NCBI RefSeq assembly: GCF_009914755.1
Contig: NC_060933.1
Length of the DNA: 64,000 nucleotides
Source of the DNA: the human T2T-CHM13v2.0 reference genome, Homo sapiens
Reading direction: 5' to 3' (one strand)
The position numbers were made by a program, and so were the translations under genes. Under the pieces are notes generated by a model. That model searched no databases. It was not told the DNA's origin and saw nothing but the letters and a program-made list of their open reading frames with translations. This document shows, piece by piece, positions 28,101 to 44,090 of this stretch; the stretch's first letter is position 1; each line of letters begins with the position of its first letter.

Positions 28101-31100
28101 TGAATGGAATGGAAAGAATGGAATCAACACGAGTGGAATGGCATGGATTGGAATGGAATGGAATGGAATCAACCCGAGTACAGGGGAATGGAATGGAATG
28201 GAATGCAATGGAATGGAATCATCCATAATGGAATGGAAAGGAATGGAATGGAATGGAATGGAATGGAATGGAATGGAATGGAATGGAATCAACTCGATTG
28301 CAATCGAATGGAATGGAATGGAATTAACCCGAATAGAATGGAATGGAATGAAATGGAACGGAACGGAATGGAATGGAATGGAATGCAATGGAACGGAACG
28401 GAATGAAATGGAATGCAATGGAATGGAATGGAATGGAATGGAATCAACGCGAGTGCAGGGGAATGCAATGGAATGGAATGCAATGGAATGGAATCTTCCG
28501 GAATGGAATGGAATGGAATGGAATGGAATGAAATGCAATGGATTCAACTCGATTGCAATGGAATGGAATAGAATGGAATGGAATGGAATGGAATGGAATT
28601 AATTCGAATAGAATGGAATGGAATGGAATGGAACGGAATGGAACGGAATGGAAAGGAATGGAATGGAATGGTATGGAATGGAATGGAATGGTACGGAATA
28701 GAATGGAATGGAACGAATTGTAATGGAATGGAATTGAATGGAATGGAATGGAATCAACGCGAGAGCAGGGGAATGTAATGGAACGGAATGCAATGGAATG
28801 GAATCATCCGGAATGGAATGGAATGGAATGGAATGGAATGGAATGGAATCAACCCGAGTGCAATGGAATGGAGTGGAATGGAATGGAATGGAATGGAACA
28901 ACCCGAATGCAATGGAATGTAATGGAGAGTAAGGGAGTTGAATAGAATCAATCCGAATGTAATGGAATGGAATGCAACGGAATGGAATGGAATGGAATCG
29001 AATGGAATGCAATGGAATTGAATCAACCCGAGTACAATGGAATGGAATGGAATGGAATGGAATGGAATGGAATGATACGGAATACAATGGAATGGAACGA
29101 AATAGAATGGAACGGAATGGAATGGAATGGAATGGAATGGAATGGAATCGTTCCGAGTGGAATAGGAGGGAATGTATTCGAGTGGAATGGAAAGGAATGG
29201 AATCAACCAGAGTGGAATGGAAGGGAATGGAATGGAATGGAAACTAATAGAATGGAATCAACCCGAGAGGAATAGAATGGAAAGGACTCGAATGGAATGG
29301 AATGGAATGGAATCAACTCGATTGCAATCGAATGGAATGGAATGGAATTAACCAGAATAGAATGGAATAGAATGGAATGGAATGGAACGGAACGGAATGG
29401 AATGGATTGGAATGGAATGGAATGGAATGGAATGGAATGGAATGTAACGGAAAGGAATGGAATGGAATGGAATGGAATGGAATGGAATGGAATGGAATGG
29501 AATGGAATCAACGCGAGTGCAGGGGAATGGAATGGAATGGAATGCAATGGAATGGAATCTTCCCTAATGGAATGGAATGGAATGGAATGGAATGGAATGG
29601 AATGGAATCAACCCGAGTGCAATGGAATGGAGTGGAATGGAATGGAATGGAATGGAACAACCCGAATGGAATGGAATGTAATGGAGAGTAAGGGAGTTGA
29701 ATAGAATAAATCCGAATGTAATGGAATGGAATGGAACGGAATGGAATTGAATGGAATGGAATGGAAGGCAATGGAATGGAATCAACCCGAGTTCAATGGA
29801 ATAGAGAGGAATGGAATGGAATGGAATGGAAACTACCCGAATGGAATGGAATGTAATGGAATGTAAGGGAATTGAATAGAATCAATCCGAATGTAATGGA
29901 ATGGAATGGAAAGGAATGGAATGGAATGGAATGGAATGGAATGCAATGGAACGGAATCAACCCGAGTGCAACCGAATGGAATCGAATGGAATGGAATGCA
30001 ATGGAATGGAATCAACTTTAATGGAATGGAAAGAATGGAATCAACACGAGTGGAATGGCATGGATTGGAATGGAATTGAATGGAATCAACCCGAGTACAG
30101 GGGAATGGAATGGAATGGAATGCAATGGAATGGAATCATCCGTAATGGAATGGAAAGGAATGGAATGGAATGGAATGGAATGGAATGGAATGGAATCAAC
30201 TCGATTGCAATCGAATGGAATGGAATGGAATTAACCCGAATAGAATGGAATGGAATGGAATGGAAAGGAACGGAATGGAATGGAATGGAATGGAATGGAA
30301 TGGAACGGAATGGAATGGAATGGAATGGAATGGAATGGAATCAACCCGACTGCAGGGGAATGGAATGGAATGTAATGCAATGGAATGGATTCAACTTTAA
30401 TGGAATGGAAGGAATGGAATCAACACGAGTGGAATGGCATGGATTGGAATGGAATTGAATGGAATCAACCCGAGTACAGGGGAATGGAATGGAATGGAAT
30501 GCAATGGAATGGAATCATCCGTAATGGAATGGAAAGGAATGGAATGGAATGGAATGGAATGGAATGGAATGGAATGGAATCAACTCGATTGCAATCGAAT
30601 GGAATGGAATGGAATTAACCCGAATAGAATGGAGTGGAATGGAATGGAACAGAACGGAATGGAATGGAATGGAATGGAATGGAACGGAAAGGAAGGGAAT
30701 GGAATGGAATAGAATGGAATGGAATGGAATCAACGCGAGTGCAGGGGCATGGAATGGAATGGAATGCAATGGAATGGAATCTGCCGGAATGGAATGGAAG
30801 GGAATGGAATGGAATGGAATGGAATTTAATGGAATGGAATGGAATCAACCCGAGTGCAATGGAATGGAGTCGAATGGAATGGAATGGAATAGGACAACCC
30901 GAATGGAATGGAATGTAATGGAGAGTAAGGGAGTTGAATAGAATCAATCCGAATGTAATGGAATGGAATGGAACGGAATGGAATTGAATGGAATGGAATG
31001 GAATGCAATGGAATGGAATCAACCCGAGTGCAATGGAATGGAGAGGAATGGAAAGGAATGGAATGGAAACTACCCGAATGGAATGGAATGTAATGGAGTG

Positions 31101-34100
31101 TAAGGGAATTGAATAGAATCAATCCGAATGTAATGGAATGCAATGGAACGGAATGGAATGGAATGGAATGGAATGGAATGGAATGGAATGCAATGGAATG
31201 GAATCAACCCGAGTGCAATCGAATGGAATCGAATGGAATGGAATGCAATGGAATGGATTCAACTTGAATGGAATGGAAAGAATGGAGTCAACACGACTGG
31301 AATGGCATGGATTGGAATGGAATGGAATGGAATCAACCCGAGTACAGGGGAATGGAATAGAATGGAATGCAATGGAATGGAATCATCCGTAATGGAATGG
31401 AAAGCAATGGAATGGAATGGAATCAACTCGATTGCAATCGAATGGAATGGAATGGAATTAACCCGAATAGAATGGAATGGAATGGAATGGAACGGAACGG
31501 AATGGAATGGAATGGAATGGAATGGAATGGAATGGAACGGAACGGAATGGAATGGAATGGAATCAACGCGAGTCCAGGGGAATGGACTGGAATGGAATGC
31601 AATGGAATGGAATCTTCCGGAATGGAATGGAATGGAATGGAATGGAATGAAATGCAATGGATTCAACTCGATTGCATTGGAATGGAATAGAATGGAATGG
31701 AATGGAATGGAATGGAATTAATCCGAATAGAATGGAATGGAATGGAATGGAACGGAATGGAACGGAATGGAATGGAATGGAATGGAATGGAATGGTATGG
31801 AATGGAATGGAATGCTACGGAATAGAATGGAATGGAACGAATTGTAATGAAATGGAATTGAATGGAATGGAATGGAATGGAATGGAATGGAATGCAATGG
31901 AATTGAATCAACCCGAGTACAATGGAATGGAATGGAATGGAATGGAATGGAATGGAATGGAATGGAATGATACGGAATAGAATGGAATGGAAGGAAATGG
32001 AATGGAATGGAATGGAATGGAATGGAATCGTTCCGAGTGGAATAGGAGGGAATGTATTCGAGTGGAATGGAAAGGAATGGTATCAACCAGAGTGGAATGG
32101 AAGGGAATGGAATGGAATGGAAACTAATAGAATGGAATCAACCCGAGTGGAATGGAATGGAAAGGACTGGAATGGAATGGAATGGAATGGAATCAACTCG
32201 ATTGTAATGGAATGGAATGGAATGGAATGGAATGGAATGGAATTAACCCGAATACAATGGAATGGAATGGAATGGAACGGAATGGAGTGGAATGGAATGG
32301 AATCAACCCGAGTGCAGGGGAATGGAATGGAATGGAATGCAATGGAATCTAATCATCCGAAATGGAATGGAATGGAATGGAATGCAAAGCAATGGAATCA
32401 ACTCGATTGCAATGGAATGGAATGGAATGGAAAGGAATACATTGGAATCAACCCGAGTGGAGTGGAATGGAAAGGAGTGGAATGGAGTGGAATGGAATGG
32501 AATGGAATGGAAACAACTCGATTGGAATGGAATGGAATGGAATGGAATTAACCCGAATAGAATGGAATGGAATGGAATGGAACGGAACGGAATGCAATGG
32601 AATGGAATGTAATGGAATGGAATGGAATGGAATCAACCCGACTGCAGGGTAATGGAATGGAATGGAATGTAATGGAATGGATTCAACTTGAATGGAATGG
32701 AAAGAATGGAATCAACACGAGTGGAATGGCATGGATTGGAATGGAATGGAATGGAATCAACCCGAGTACAGGAGAATGGAATGGAATGGAATGCAATGGA
32801 ATGGAATCATCCGTAATGGAATGGAAAGGAATGGAATGGAATGGAATAGAATGGAATGGAATCAACTCGATTGCAATCGAATGGAATGGAATGGAATTAA
32901 CGCGAATAGAATGGAATGGAATTGAATGGAACGGAACGGAACGGAATGCAATGGATTGGAATGGAATGGAATGGAATGGAAAGGAATGGAAAGGAAAGGA
33001 ATGGAATGGAATGGAATGGAATGGAATGGAATGGGATCAACGCGAGTGCAGGGGAATGGAATGGAATGGAATGCAATGGAATGGAATCTTCCGGAATGGA
33101 ATGGAATGGAATGGAATGGAATCAACCCGAGTGCAATGGAATGGAGTGGAATGGAATGGAATGGAATGGAACAACCCGAAAGGAATTGAATGTAATGGAG
33201 AGAAAGGGAGTTGAATAGAATCAATCCGAATGTAATGGAATGGAATGGAACGGAATGGAATTGAATGGAATGGAATGGAATGCAATGTAATGGAATCAAC
33301 CCGAGTGCAATGGAATGGAGAGGAATTTAATGGAGTGGAATGGAAACTACCCGAATGGAATGGAATGTAATGGAGTGTAAGGGAATTGAATAGAATCAAT
33401 CCGAATATAATGGAATGGAATGGAACGGAATGGAATGGAATGGAACGGAATGTAATAGAATGGAATGGAAGGCAATGCAATGGAATGGAATCAACCCGAG
33501 TACAATGGAATGGAATGGAATGGAATGGAATGGAATGGAATGGAATGCCTTCAAACCGAATGGAATGGAAAGGAATGGAATCAACACGAGTGGAATGGAA
33601 TGGAATGGAATGGAATAGAATGGAATGGAATGGAATGGAATGATATGGAATAGAATGGAATGGAACGAAATGGAATGGAATGGAATGGAATGGAATGGAA
33701 TGGAATCGTTCCGAGTGGATTAGGAGGGAATGTATTCGAGTGGAATGGAAAGGAATGGAATCAACCAGAGTGGAATGGAAGGGAATGAAATGGAATGGAA
33801 ACTAATAGAATGGAATCAACCCGAGTGGAATGGAATGGAAAAGACTGGAATGGAAAGGAATGGAATGGAATGGAATGGAATGGAATGGAATGGAATGGAA
33901 TCAACGCGAGTGCAGGGGAATGGAATAGAATCGAATGGAATGGAATGGAATGGAATGGAATCAACCCGAGTGCAGGGGAATGTAATGGAACGGAATGCAA
34001 TGGAATGGAATCATCCGGAATGGAATGGAATGGAATGGAATGGAATGGAATGGAATTGAATGGAATGGAATGGAATGGAATGGAATGCAATGGAATGGAA

Positions 34101-35214
34101 TCAACGCGAGTACAATGGAATGGAATGGAATGGAATGGAATGGAATGGAATGGAATGGAATGCAATGGAATGGAATCTTCCGGAATGGAATGGAATGGAA
34201 TGGAATGGAATGCAATGGATTCAAATCGATTGCAATGGAATGGAATAGAATGGAATGGAATGGAATGGAATGGAATGGAATGGAATGGAATTAAACCGAA
34301 TAGAATGGAATGGAATGGAATGGAACGGAATGGAACGGAACGGAACGGAACGGAGTGGAATGGAATGGAATGGAATTGTATGCAATGGAATGGAATGGTA
34401 CGGAATAGAATGGAATGGAAAGAATTGGAATGGAATGGAATCGAATGGAATGGAATGGAATGGAATGGAATCAACCCGAGTGCAGGGGAATGTAATGGAA
34501 CGGAATGCAATGGAATGGAATCATCCGGAATGGAATGGAATGGAATGGAATGGAATGGAATGGAATGGAATGGAATGGAATGGAATCAATCCAAGTGCAA
34601 TGGAATGGAGTGGAATGGAACGGAATGGAATGGAACAACCCGAATGGAATGGAATGTAATGGAGAGTAAGGGAGTTGAATAGAATCAATCCGAATGAAAT
34701 GGAATGGAATGCAACGGAATGGAATGGAATGGAATGGAATGGAATGCAATGGAATGGAATCAACCCGAGTACAATGGAATGGAATGGACTGGAATGGAAT
34801 GGAATGGAATGGAATGGAATGGAATGGAATGCCTTCAAACCGAATGGAATGGAAAGGAATGAAATCAACACGAGTGGAATGGAATGGAATGGAATGATAC
34901 GGAATAGAATGGAATGGAACGAAATGCAATGGAATGGAATGGAATGGAATGGAATGGAATTGAATGGAATGCAATGGAATGGAATCGTTCCGAGTGGAAT
35001 AGGAGGGAATGTATTCCAGTGGAATGGAAAGGAATGGAATCAACCAGAGTGGAATGGAAGGGAATGGAATGGAATGGAAACTAATAGAATGGAATCAACC
35101 CGAGAGGAATGGAATGGAAAGGACTGGAATGGAAAGGAATGGAATGGAATGGAATCAACGCGAGTGCAGGGGAATGCAATGGAATGGAATGGAATGGAAT
35201 GGAATGGAATGGAA

Positions 35215-37560
35215 TGGAATCAACCCGAGTGCAGGGGAATGTAATGGAACGGAATGCAATGGAATGGAATCATCCGGAATGGAATGCAATGGAATGGAAT
35301 GGAATCAACCCGAGTGCAATGGAATGGAGTGGAATGGAATGGAATGGAATGGAACAATCCGAATGGAATGGAATGTAATGGAGAGTAAGGAAGTTGAAAA
35401 GAATCAATCCGAATGTAATGGAATGGAACGGAATGGAATGGAATGGAATGGAATGGAATGGAATGGAATGGAATGGAATGTAATGGAATTGAATCAACCC
35501 GAGTACAATGGAATGGAATGGAATGGAATGGAATGGAATGGAATGGAATGGAATGGAATGGAATGATACGGAATAGAATGGAATGGAACGAAATGGAATG
35601 GAATGGAATGGAATGGAATGGAATGGAATAGAATGGAATCGTTCCGAGTGGAATAGGAGGGAATGTATTCGAGTGGAATGGAAAGGAATGGAATCAACCA
35701 GAGTGGAATGGAAGGCAATGGAATGGAATGGAAACTAATAGAATGGAATCAACCCGAGTGGAATGGAATGGAAAGGACTGGAATGGAATGGAATGGAATG
35801 GAATGGAATCAACTCAATTGGAATGGAATGGAATGGAATGGAATGGAATGGAATGGAATCAACCCGAGTGCAATGGAATGGAGTGGAATGGAATGGAATG
35901 GAATGGAACATCCTGAATGGAATGGAATGGAATGGAGAGTAAGGGAGTTGAATAGAATCAATCCGAATGTAATGGAATTGAATGGAACGGAATGGAATTG
36001 AAAGGAATGGAATGGAATGCAATGGAATGGAATCAACCCGAGTGCAATGGAATGGAGAGGAATGGAATGGAATGGAATGGAAACTACCCGAATGGAATGG
36101 AATGTAATGCACTGTAAGGGAATTGAATAGAATCAATCCGAATGTAATGTAATGGAATGGAATGGAATGGATTGGAATGGAATGGAATGGAATGGAATTG
36201 AATGTAATGGAATGTAATGGAATGGAATCAACCCGAGTGCAATCGAATGGAATCAAATTGAATGGAATGTAATGGAATGGATTCAACTTGAATGGAATGG
36301 AAAGAATGGAATCAACACGAGTGGAATGGCATGGATTGGAATGGAATGGAACGCAATCAACCCGAGTACAGGGGAATGGAATGGAATGGAATGCAATGGA
36401 ATGGAATCATCCGTAATGGAATGGAAAGGAATGGAATGGAATGGAATGGAATGGAATGGAATGGAATGGAATGGAATGGAATCAACTCGATTGCAATCGA
36501 ATGGAATGGAATGGAATTAACCCGAATAGAATGGAATGGAATGGAATGGAACGGAACGGAATGGAATGGAATGGAATGGAAGGGAACGGAATGGAATGGA
36601 ATGGAATGGAATGGAATCAACGCGAGTGCAGGGGAATGGAATGGAATGGAATGCAATGGAATGGAAACTTCCGGAATGGAATGGAATGGAATGGAATGGA
36701 ATGGAATGGAATGGAATGAAATGCAATGGATTCAACTCGATTGCAATGGAGTGGAATAGAATGGAATGGAATGGAATGGAATGGAATGGAATTAATCCGA
36801 ATAGAATGGAATGGAATGGAAAGGAACGGAATGGAACGGAATGGAATGGAGTGGAATGGAATGGAATGGCATGGAATGGAATGGAACGGTACGGAATAGA
36901 ATAGAATGGAACGAATTGTAATGGAATGGAATTGAATGGAATGGAATGGAATGGAATGGAATCAACGCGAGTGCAGGGGAATGTAATGGAACGGAATGCA
37001 ATGGAAAGTAATCATCCGGAATGGAATGGAATGGAATGGAAAGGAATGGAATCAACCCGAGTGCAATGGAATGGAGTGGAATGGAATGGAATGGAATGGA
37101 ACAACCCGAATGGAATGGAATGTAATGGAGAGTAAGGGAGTTGAATAGAATCAATCCGAATGTAATGGAATGGAATGCAACGGAATGGAATGGAATGGAA
37201 TGGAATGGAATGGAATGGAATGGAATGGAATGCAATGGAATGGAATCAACCCGAGTACAATGGAATGGAATGGAATGGAATGGAATGGAATGGAATGGAA
37301 TGGAATGATACGGAATGGAATGGAATGGAACGAAATGGAATGGAATGGATTGGAATGGAATGGAATGGAATGGAATGGAATCGTTCCGAGTGGAATAGGA
37401 GGGAATGTATTCGAGTGGAATGGAAAGGAATGGAATCAACCAGAGTGGAATGGAAGGGAATGGAATGGAATGGAAACTAATAGAATGGAATCAACCCGAG
37501 TGGAATGGAATGGAAAGGACTGGAATGGAATGGAATGGAATGGAATAAACTCGATTGTAA
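35215..37560 (-). repeat. ~2.35-kb block duplicated at ~40420-42740 (offset ~5.2 kb)
   Basis: Shared variants GTAAGGAAGTTGAAAAG, GGAAGGCAAT, GCACTGTAAG, GAAACTTCCGG, GGAAAGTAATCATCC, ATAAACTCGATTGT. ORF offsets are 5201/5196. Confidence 0.88.
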
Positions 37561-40500
37561 TGGAATGGAATGGAATGGAATGGAATGGAATGGAATGGAA
37601 TGGAATTAACCCGAATACAATGGAATGGAATGGAATGGAACGGAATGGAGTGGAATGGAATGGTATCAACCCAAGTGCAGGGGAATGGAATGGAATGCAA
37701 TGCAATGGAATGGAATCATCCGGAATGGAATGGAATGGAATGGAATGCAAAGCAATGGAATCAACTCGATTGCAATGGAATGGAATGGAATGGAAAGGAA
37801 TACATTGGAATCAACACGAGTGGAATGGAATGGAAAGGACTGGAATGGAGTGGAATGGAATGGAATGGAATGGAATGGAATCAACTCGATTGGAATGGAA
37901 TGGAATGGAATGGAATGGAATTAACCCGAATAGAATGGAATGGAATGGAATGGAACGGAACGGAACGGAATGGAATGGAATGGAATGGAATGGAATGGAA
38001 TGGAATGGAATCAACCCGAATGCAGGGCAATGGAATGGAATGGAATGCAATGGAATGGATTCAACTTGAATGGAATGGAAAGAATGGAATCAACACGAGT
38101 GGAATGGCATGGATTGGAATGGAATCAACCCGAGTACAGGGGAATGGAATGGAATGGAATGCAATGGAATGGAATCATCCGTAATGGAATGGAAAGGAAG
38201 GGAATGGAATGGAATGGAATGGAATGGAATGGAATACACCCGAGTGCAATGGAATGGAGTGGAATGGAATGGAATGGAATGGAACAACCCGAATGGAATG
38301 GAATGTAATGGAGAGTAAGGGAGTTGAATAGAATCAATCCGAATGTAATGGAATGGAATAGAACGGAATGGAATGGAATGGAATGGAATGGAATGGAATG
38401 GAATGGAATGCAATGGAATTGAATCAACCTGAGTACAATGGAATGGAATGGAATGGAATGGAATGGAATGGAATGGAATGGAATGATACGGAATAGAATG
38501 GAATGGAACGAAATGGAATGGAATGGAATGGAATGGAATGGAATGGAATGGAATCGTTCCGAGTTGAATAGGAGGGAATGTATTCGAGTGGAATGGAAAG
38601 GAATGGTATCAACCAGAGTGGAATGGAAGGGAATGGAATGGAATGGAAACTAATAGAATGGAATCAACCCGAGTGGAATGGAATGGAAAGGACTGGAATG
38701 GAATGGAATGGAATGGAATCAACTCGATTGTAATGGAATGGAATGGAATGGAATGGAATGGAATTAACCCGAATACAATGGAATGGAATGGAACGGAATG
38801 GAGTGGAATGGAATGGAATCAACCCGAGTGCAGGGGAATGGAATGGAATGGAATGCAATGGAATGGAATCATCCGGAATGGAATGGAATGGAATGGAATG
38901 CAAAGCAATGGAATCAACTCGATTGCAATGGAATGGAATGGAATGGAAAGGAATACATTGGAATCAACCAGAGTGGAATGTAATGGAAAGGACTGGAATG
39001 GAGTGGAATGGAATGGAATTGAATGGAATGGAATCAACTCGATTGGAATGGAATGGAATGGAATGGAATGGAATGGAATTAACCCGAATAGAATGGAATG
39101 GAATGTAATGGAACGGAACGGAATGGAATGGAATGGAATGGAATGGAATGGAATGGAATCAACCCGACTGCAGGGGAATGGAATGGAATGGAATGCAATG
39201 GAATGGATTCAACTTGAATGGAATGGAAAGAATGGAATCAACACGAGTGGAATGGCATGGATTGGAATGCAATGCAATGGAATCAACCCAAGTAAAGGGG
39301 AATGGAATTGAATGGAATGCAATGGAATGGAATCATCCGTAATGGAATGGAATGGAAAGGAATGGAATGGAATGGAATGGAATGGAATAGAATGGAATGG
39401 AATCAACTCGATTGCAATCGAATGGAATGGAATGGAATTAACCCAAATAGAATGGAATGGAATGGAATGGAACGGAACGGAACAGAATGGAATGGATTGG
39501 AATGGAATGGAATGGAATGGAATGGAATGGAATAAACCCGAGTGCAATGGAATGGAGTGGAATGGAATGGAATGGAATGGAACAACCCGAATGGAATGGA
39601 ATGTAATGGAGAGTAAGGGAGTTGAATAGAATCAATCCAAATGTAATGGAATGGAATGGAACGGAATGGAATTGAATGGAATGGAATGGAATGCAATGGA
39701 ATGGAATCAACCCGAGTGCAATCGAATGGAGAGGAATGGAATGGAATGGAATGGAAACTACCCGAATGGAATGGAAAGTAATGGAGTGTAAGGGAATTGA
39801 ATAGAATCAATCCGAATGTAATGGAATGGAATGGAACGGAATGGAATGGAATGGAATGGAATGGAATGGAATGGAATGGAATGCAATGGAATGGAATCAT
39901 CCGGAATGGAATGGAATGGAATGGAATGCAAAGCAATGGAATCAACTCGATTGCAATGGAATGGAACGGAATGGAAAGGAATACATTGGAATCAACCCGA
40001 GTGGAATGGAATGGAAAGGACTGGAATGGAGTGGAATGGAATGGAATGGAATGGAATGGAATCAACTCGATTGGAATGGAATGCAATGGAATGGAATGGA
40101 ATTAACCCGAATAGAATGGAATGGAATGGAATGGAACGGAACGGAACGGAATGGAATGGAATGGAATGGAATGGAAGGGAACGGAATCAACCCGACTGCA
40201 GGGGAATGGAATGGAATGGAATGCAATGGAATGGATTCAACTTGAATGGAATGGAAAGAATGGAATCAACACGAGTGGAATGGCATGGATTGGAATGGAA
40301 TGGAATGGAATCAACCCGAGTACAGGGGAATGGAATGGAATGGAATGCAATGGAATGGAATCATCCGTAATGGAATGGAAAGGAATGGAATGGAATGGAA
40401 TGGAATGGAATGGAATGGAATGGAATCAACCCGAGTGCAGGGGAATGTAATGGAACGGAATGCAATGGAATGGAATCATCCGGAATGGAATGCAATGGAA

Positions 40501-42764
40501 TGGAATGGAATCAACCCGAGTGCAATGGAATGGAGTGGAATGGAATGGAATGGAATGGAACAATCCGAATGGAATGGAATGTAATGGAGAGTAAGGAAGT
40601 TGAAAAGAATCAATCCGAATGTAATGGAATGGAACGGAATGGAATGGAATGGAATGGAATGGAATGGAATGGAATGGAATGGAATGCAATGGATTGGAAT
40701 CAACCCGAGTACAATGGAATGGAATGGAATGGAATGGAATGGAATGGAATGGAATGGAATGGAATGATACGGAATAGAATGGAATGGAACGAAATGGAAT
40801 GGAATGGAATGGAATGGAATGGAATGGAATAGAATGGAATTGTTCCGAGTGGAATAGGAGGGAATGTATTCGAGTGGAATGGAAAGGAATGGAATCAACC
40901 AGAGTGGAATGGAAGGCAATGGAATGGAATGGAAACTAATAGAATGGAATCAACCCGAGTGGAATGGAATGGAAAGGACTGGAATGGAATGGAATGGAAT
41001 GGAATGGAATCAACTCAATTGTAATGGAATGGAATGGAATGGAATGGAATGGAATGGAATCAACCCGAGTGCAATGGAATGGAGTGGAATGGAATGGAAT
41101 GGAATGGAACAACCTGAATGGAATGGAATGGAATGGAGAGTAAGGGAGTTGAATAGAATCAATCCGAATGTAATGCAATTGAATGGAACGGAATGGAATT
41201 GAAAGGAATGGAATGGAATGCAATGGAATGGAATCAACCCGAGTGCAATGGAATGGAGAGGAATGGAATGGAATGGAATGGAAACTACCCGAATGGAATG
41301 GAATGTAATGCACTGTAAGGGAATTGAATAGAATCAATCCGAATGTAATGTAATGGAAAGGAATGGAATGGATTGGAATGGAATGGAATGGAATGGAATT
41401 GAATGGAATGGAATGCAATGGAATGGAATCAACCCGAGTGCAATCGAATGGAATCAAATTGAATGGAATGTAATGGAATGGATTCAACTTGAATGGAATG
41501 GAAAGAATGGAATCAACACGAGTGGAATGGCATGGATTGGAATGGAATGGAATGCAATCAACCCGAGTACAGGGGAATGGAATGGAATGGAATGCAATGG
41601 AATGGAATCATCCGTAATGGAATGGAAAGGAATGGAATGGAATGGAATGGAATGGAATGGAATGGAATGGAATGGAATCAACTCGATTGCAATCGAATGG
41701 AATGGAATGGAATTAACCCGAATAGAATGGAATGGAATGGAATGGAACGGAACGGAATGGAATGGAATGGAATGGAAGGGAACGGAATGGAATGGAATGG
41801 AATGGAATGGAATCAACGCGAGTGCAGGGGAATGGAATGGAATGGAATGCAATGGAATGGAAACTTCCGGAATGGAATGGAATGGAATGGAATGGAATGG
41901 AATGGAATGGAATGAAATGCAATGGATTCAACTCGATTGCAATGGAGTGGAATAGAATGGAATGGAATGGAATGGAATGGAATGGAATTAATCCGAATAG
42001 AATGGAATGGAATGGAATGGAACGGAATGGAACGGAATGGAATGGAGTGGAATGGAATGGAATGGCATGGAATGGAATGGAATGGTACGGAATAGAATAG
42101 AATGGAACGAATTGTAATGGAATGGAATTGAATGGAATGGAATGGAATGGAATGGAATCAACGCGAGTGCAGGGGAATGTAATGGAACGGAATGCAATGG
42201 AAAGTAATCATCCGGAATGGAATGGAATGGAATGGAAAGGAATGGAATCAACCCGAGTGCAATGGAATGGAGTGGAATGGAATGGAATGGAATGGAACAA
42301 CCCGAATGGAATGGAATGTAATGGAGAGTAAGGGAGTTGAATAGAATCAATCCGAATGTAATGGAATGGAATGCAACGGAATGGAATGGAATGGAATGGA
42401 ATGGAATGGAATGCAATGGAATGGAATCAACCCGAGTACAATGGAATGGAATGGAATGGAATGGAATGGAATGGAATGGAATGATACGGAATGGAATGGA
42501 ATGGAACGAAATGGAATGGAATGGATTGGAATGGAATGGAATGGAATGGAATGGAATCGTTCCGAGTGGAATAGGAGGGAATGTATTCGAGTGGAATGGA
42601 AAGGAATGGAATCAACCAGAGTGGAATGGAAGGGAATGGAATGGAATGGAAACTAATAGAATGGAATCAACCCGAGTGGAATGGAATGGAAAGGACTGGA
42701 ATGGAATGGAATGGAATGGAATAAACTCGATTGTAATGGAATGGAATGGAATGTAATGGAATGG

Positions 42765-44090
42765 AGTGGAATCAACGCGAGTGCAGGGGAATGGAATGGA
42801 ATGGAATGCAATGGAATGGAATCTTCCGGAATGGAATGGAATGGAATGGAATGGAATGCAATGGAATGGAATGGAATAAACCCGAGTGCAATGGAATGGA
42901 GTGGAATGGAATGGAATGGAATGGAACAACCCGAATGGAATGGAATGTAATGGAGAGTAAGGGAGTTGAATAGAATCAATCCGAATGTAATGAATGGAAT
43001 GGAATGGAATGGAATCAACACGATTGCAATGGAATGGAATGGAATGGAATTAACCCGAATAGAATGGAATGGAATGGAATGGAACGGAACGGAATGGAAT
43101 GGAATGGAATGGAATGGAATGGAATGGAATGGAACGGAATGGAATGGAATGGAATGGAATGGAATGGAAAGGAATGGAATCAACGCGAGTGCAGGGGAAT
43201 GGAATGTAATGGAATGCAATGGAATGGAATCTTCCGGAATGGAATGGAATGTAATGGAATCAACCCGAGTGCAATGGAATGGAGTCGAATGGAATGGAAT
43301 GGAATGGAACAACCCGAATGGAATCGAATGTAATGGAGAGTAAGGGAGTTGAATAGAATCAATCCGAATGTAATGGAATGGAATGGAACGGAATGGAATG
43401 GAATGGAATGGAATGGAATGGAATGGAATGGAATGCAATGGAATGGAATCAACCCGACTACAATCGAATGGAATCGAATGGAATGGAATGCAATGGAATG
43501 GATTCAACTAGAATGGAATGGAAAGAATGGAATCAACACGAGTGGAAGGGCATGGATTGGAATGGAATGGAATGGAATCAACCCGAGTACAGGGGAATGG
43601 AATGGAATGGAATGCAATGGAATGGAATCATCCGTAATGGAATGGAAAGGAATGGAATGGAATGGAATGGAATGGAATGGAATGAAATGGAATGGAATGG
43701 AATCAACTCGATTGCAATCGAATGGAATGGAATGGAATTAACCCGAATAGAATGGAATGGAATGGACTCGAACGGAACTGAACGGAATGGAACGGAATGG
43801 AACGGAAAGGAAGGGAATGGAATGGAATAGAATGGAATAGAATGGAATCAACGCGAGTGCAGGGGAATGGAATGGAATGGAATGCAATGGAATGGAATCT
43901 TCCGGAATGGAATGGAATGGAATGGAATGGAATGGAATGGAATGGAATCAACCCGAGTCCAATGGAATGGAGTGGAATGGAATGGAATGGAATGGAACAA
44001 CCCGAATGGAATGGAATGTAATGGAGAGTAAGGGAGTTGAATAGAATCAATCCGAATGTAATGGAATGGAATGGAACGGAATGGAATTGA
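42765..44090 (-). repeat. ~1.3-kb block in three copies (~42765, ~46105, ~53280)
   Basis: Offset 3334 between the first two copies (ORFs 43349/46683). Shared GGAGTCGAATGG, TTCAACTAGA, GGAACTGAACGG, CGAGTCCAATGG. Confidence 0.85.
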
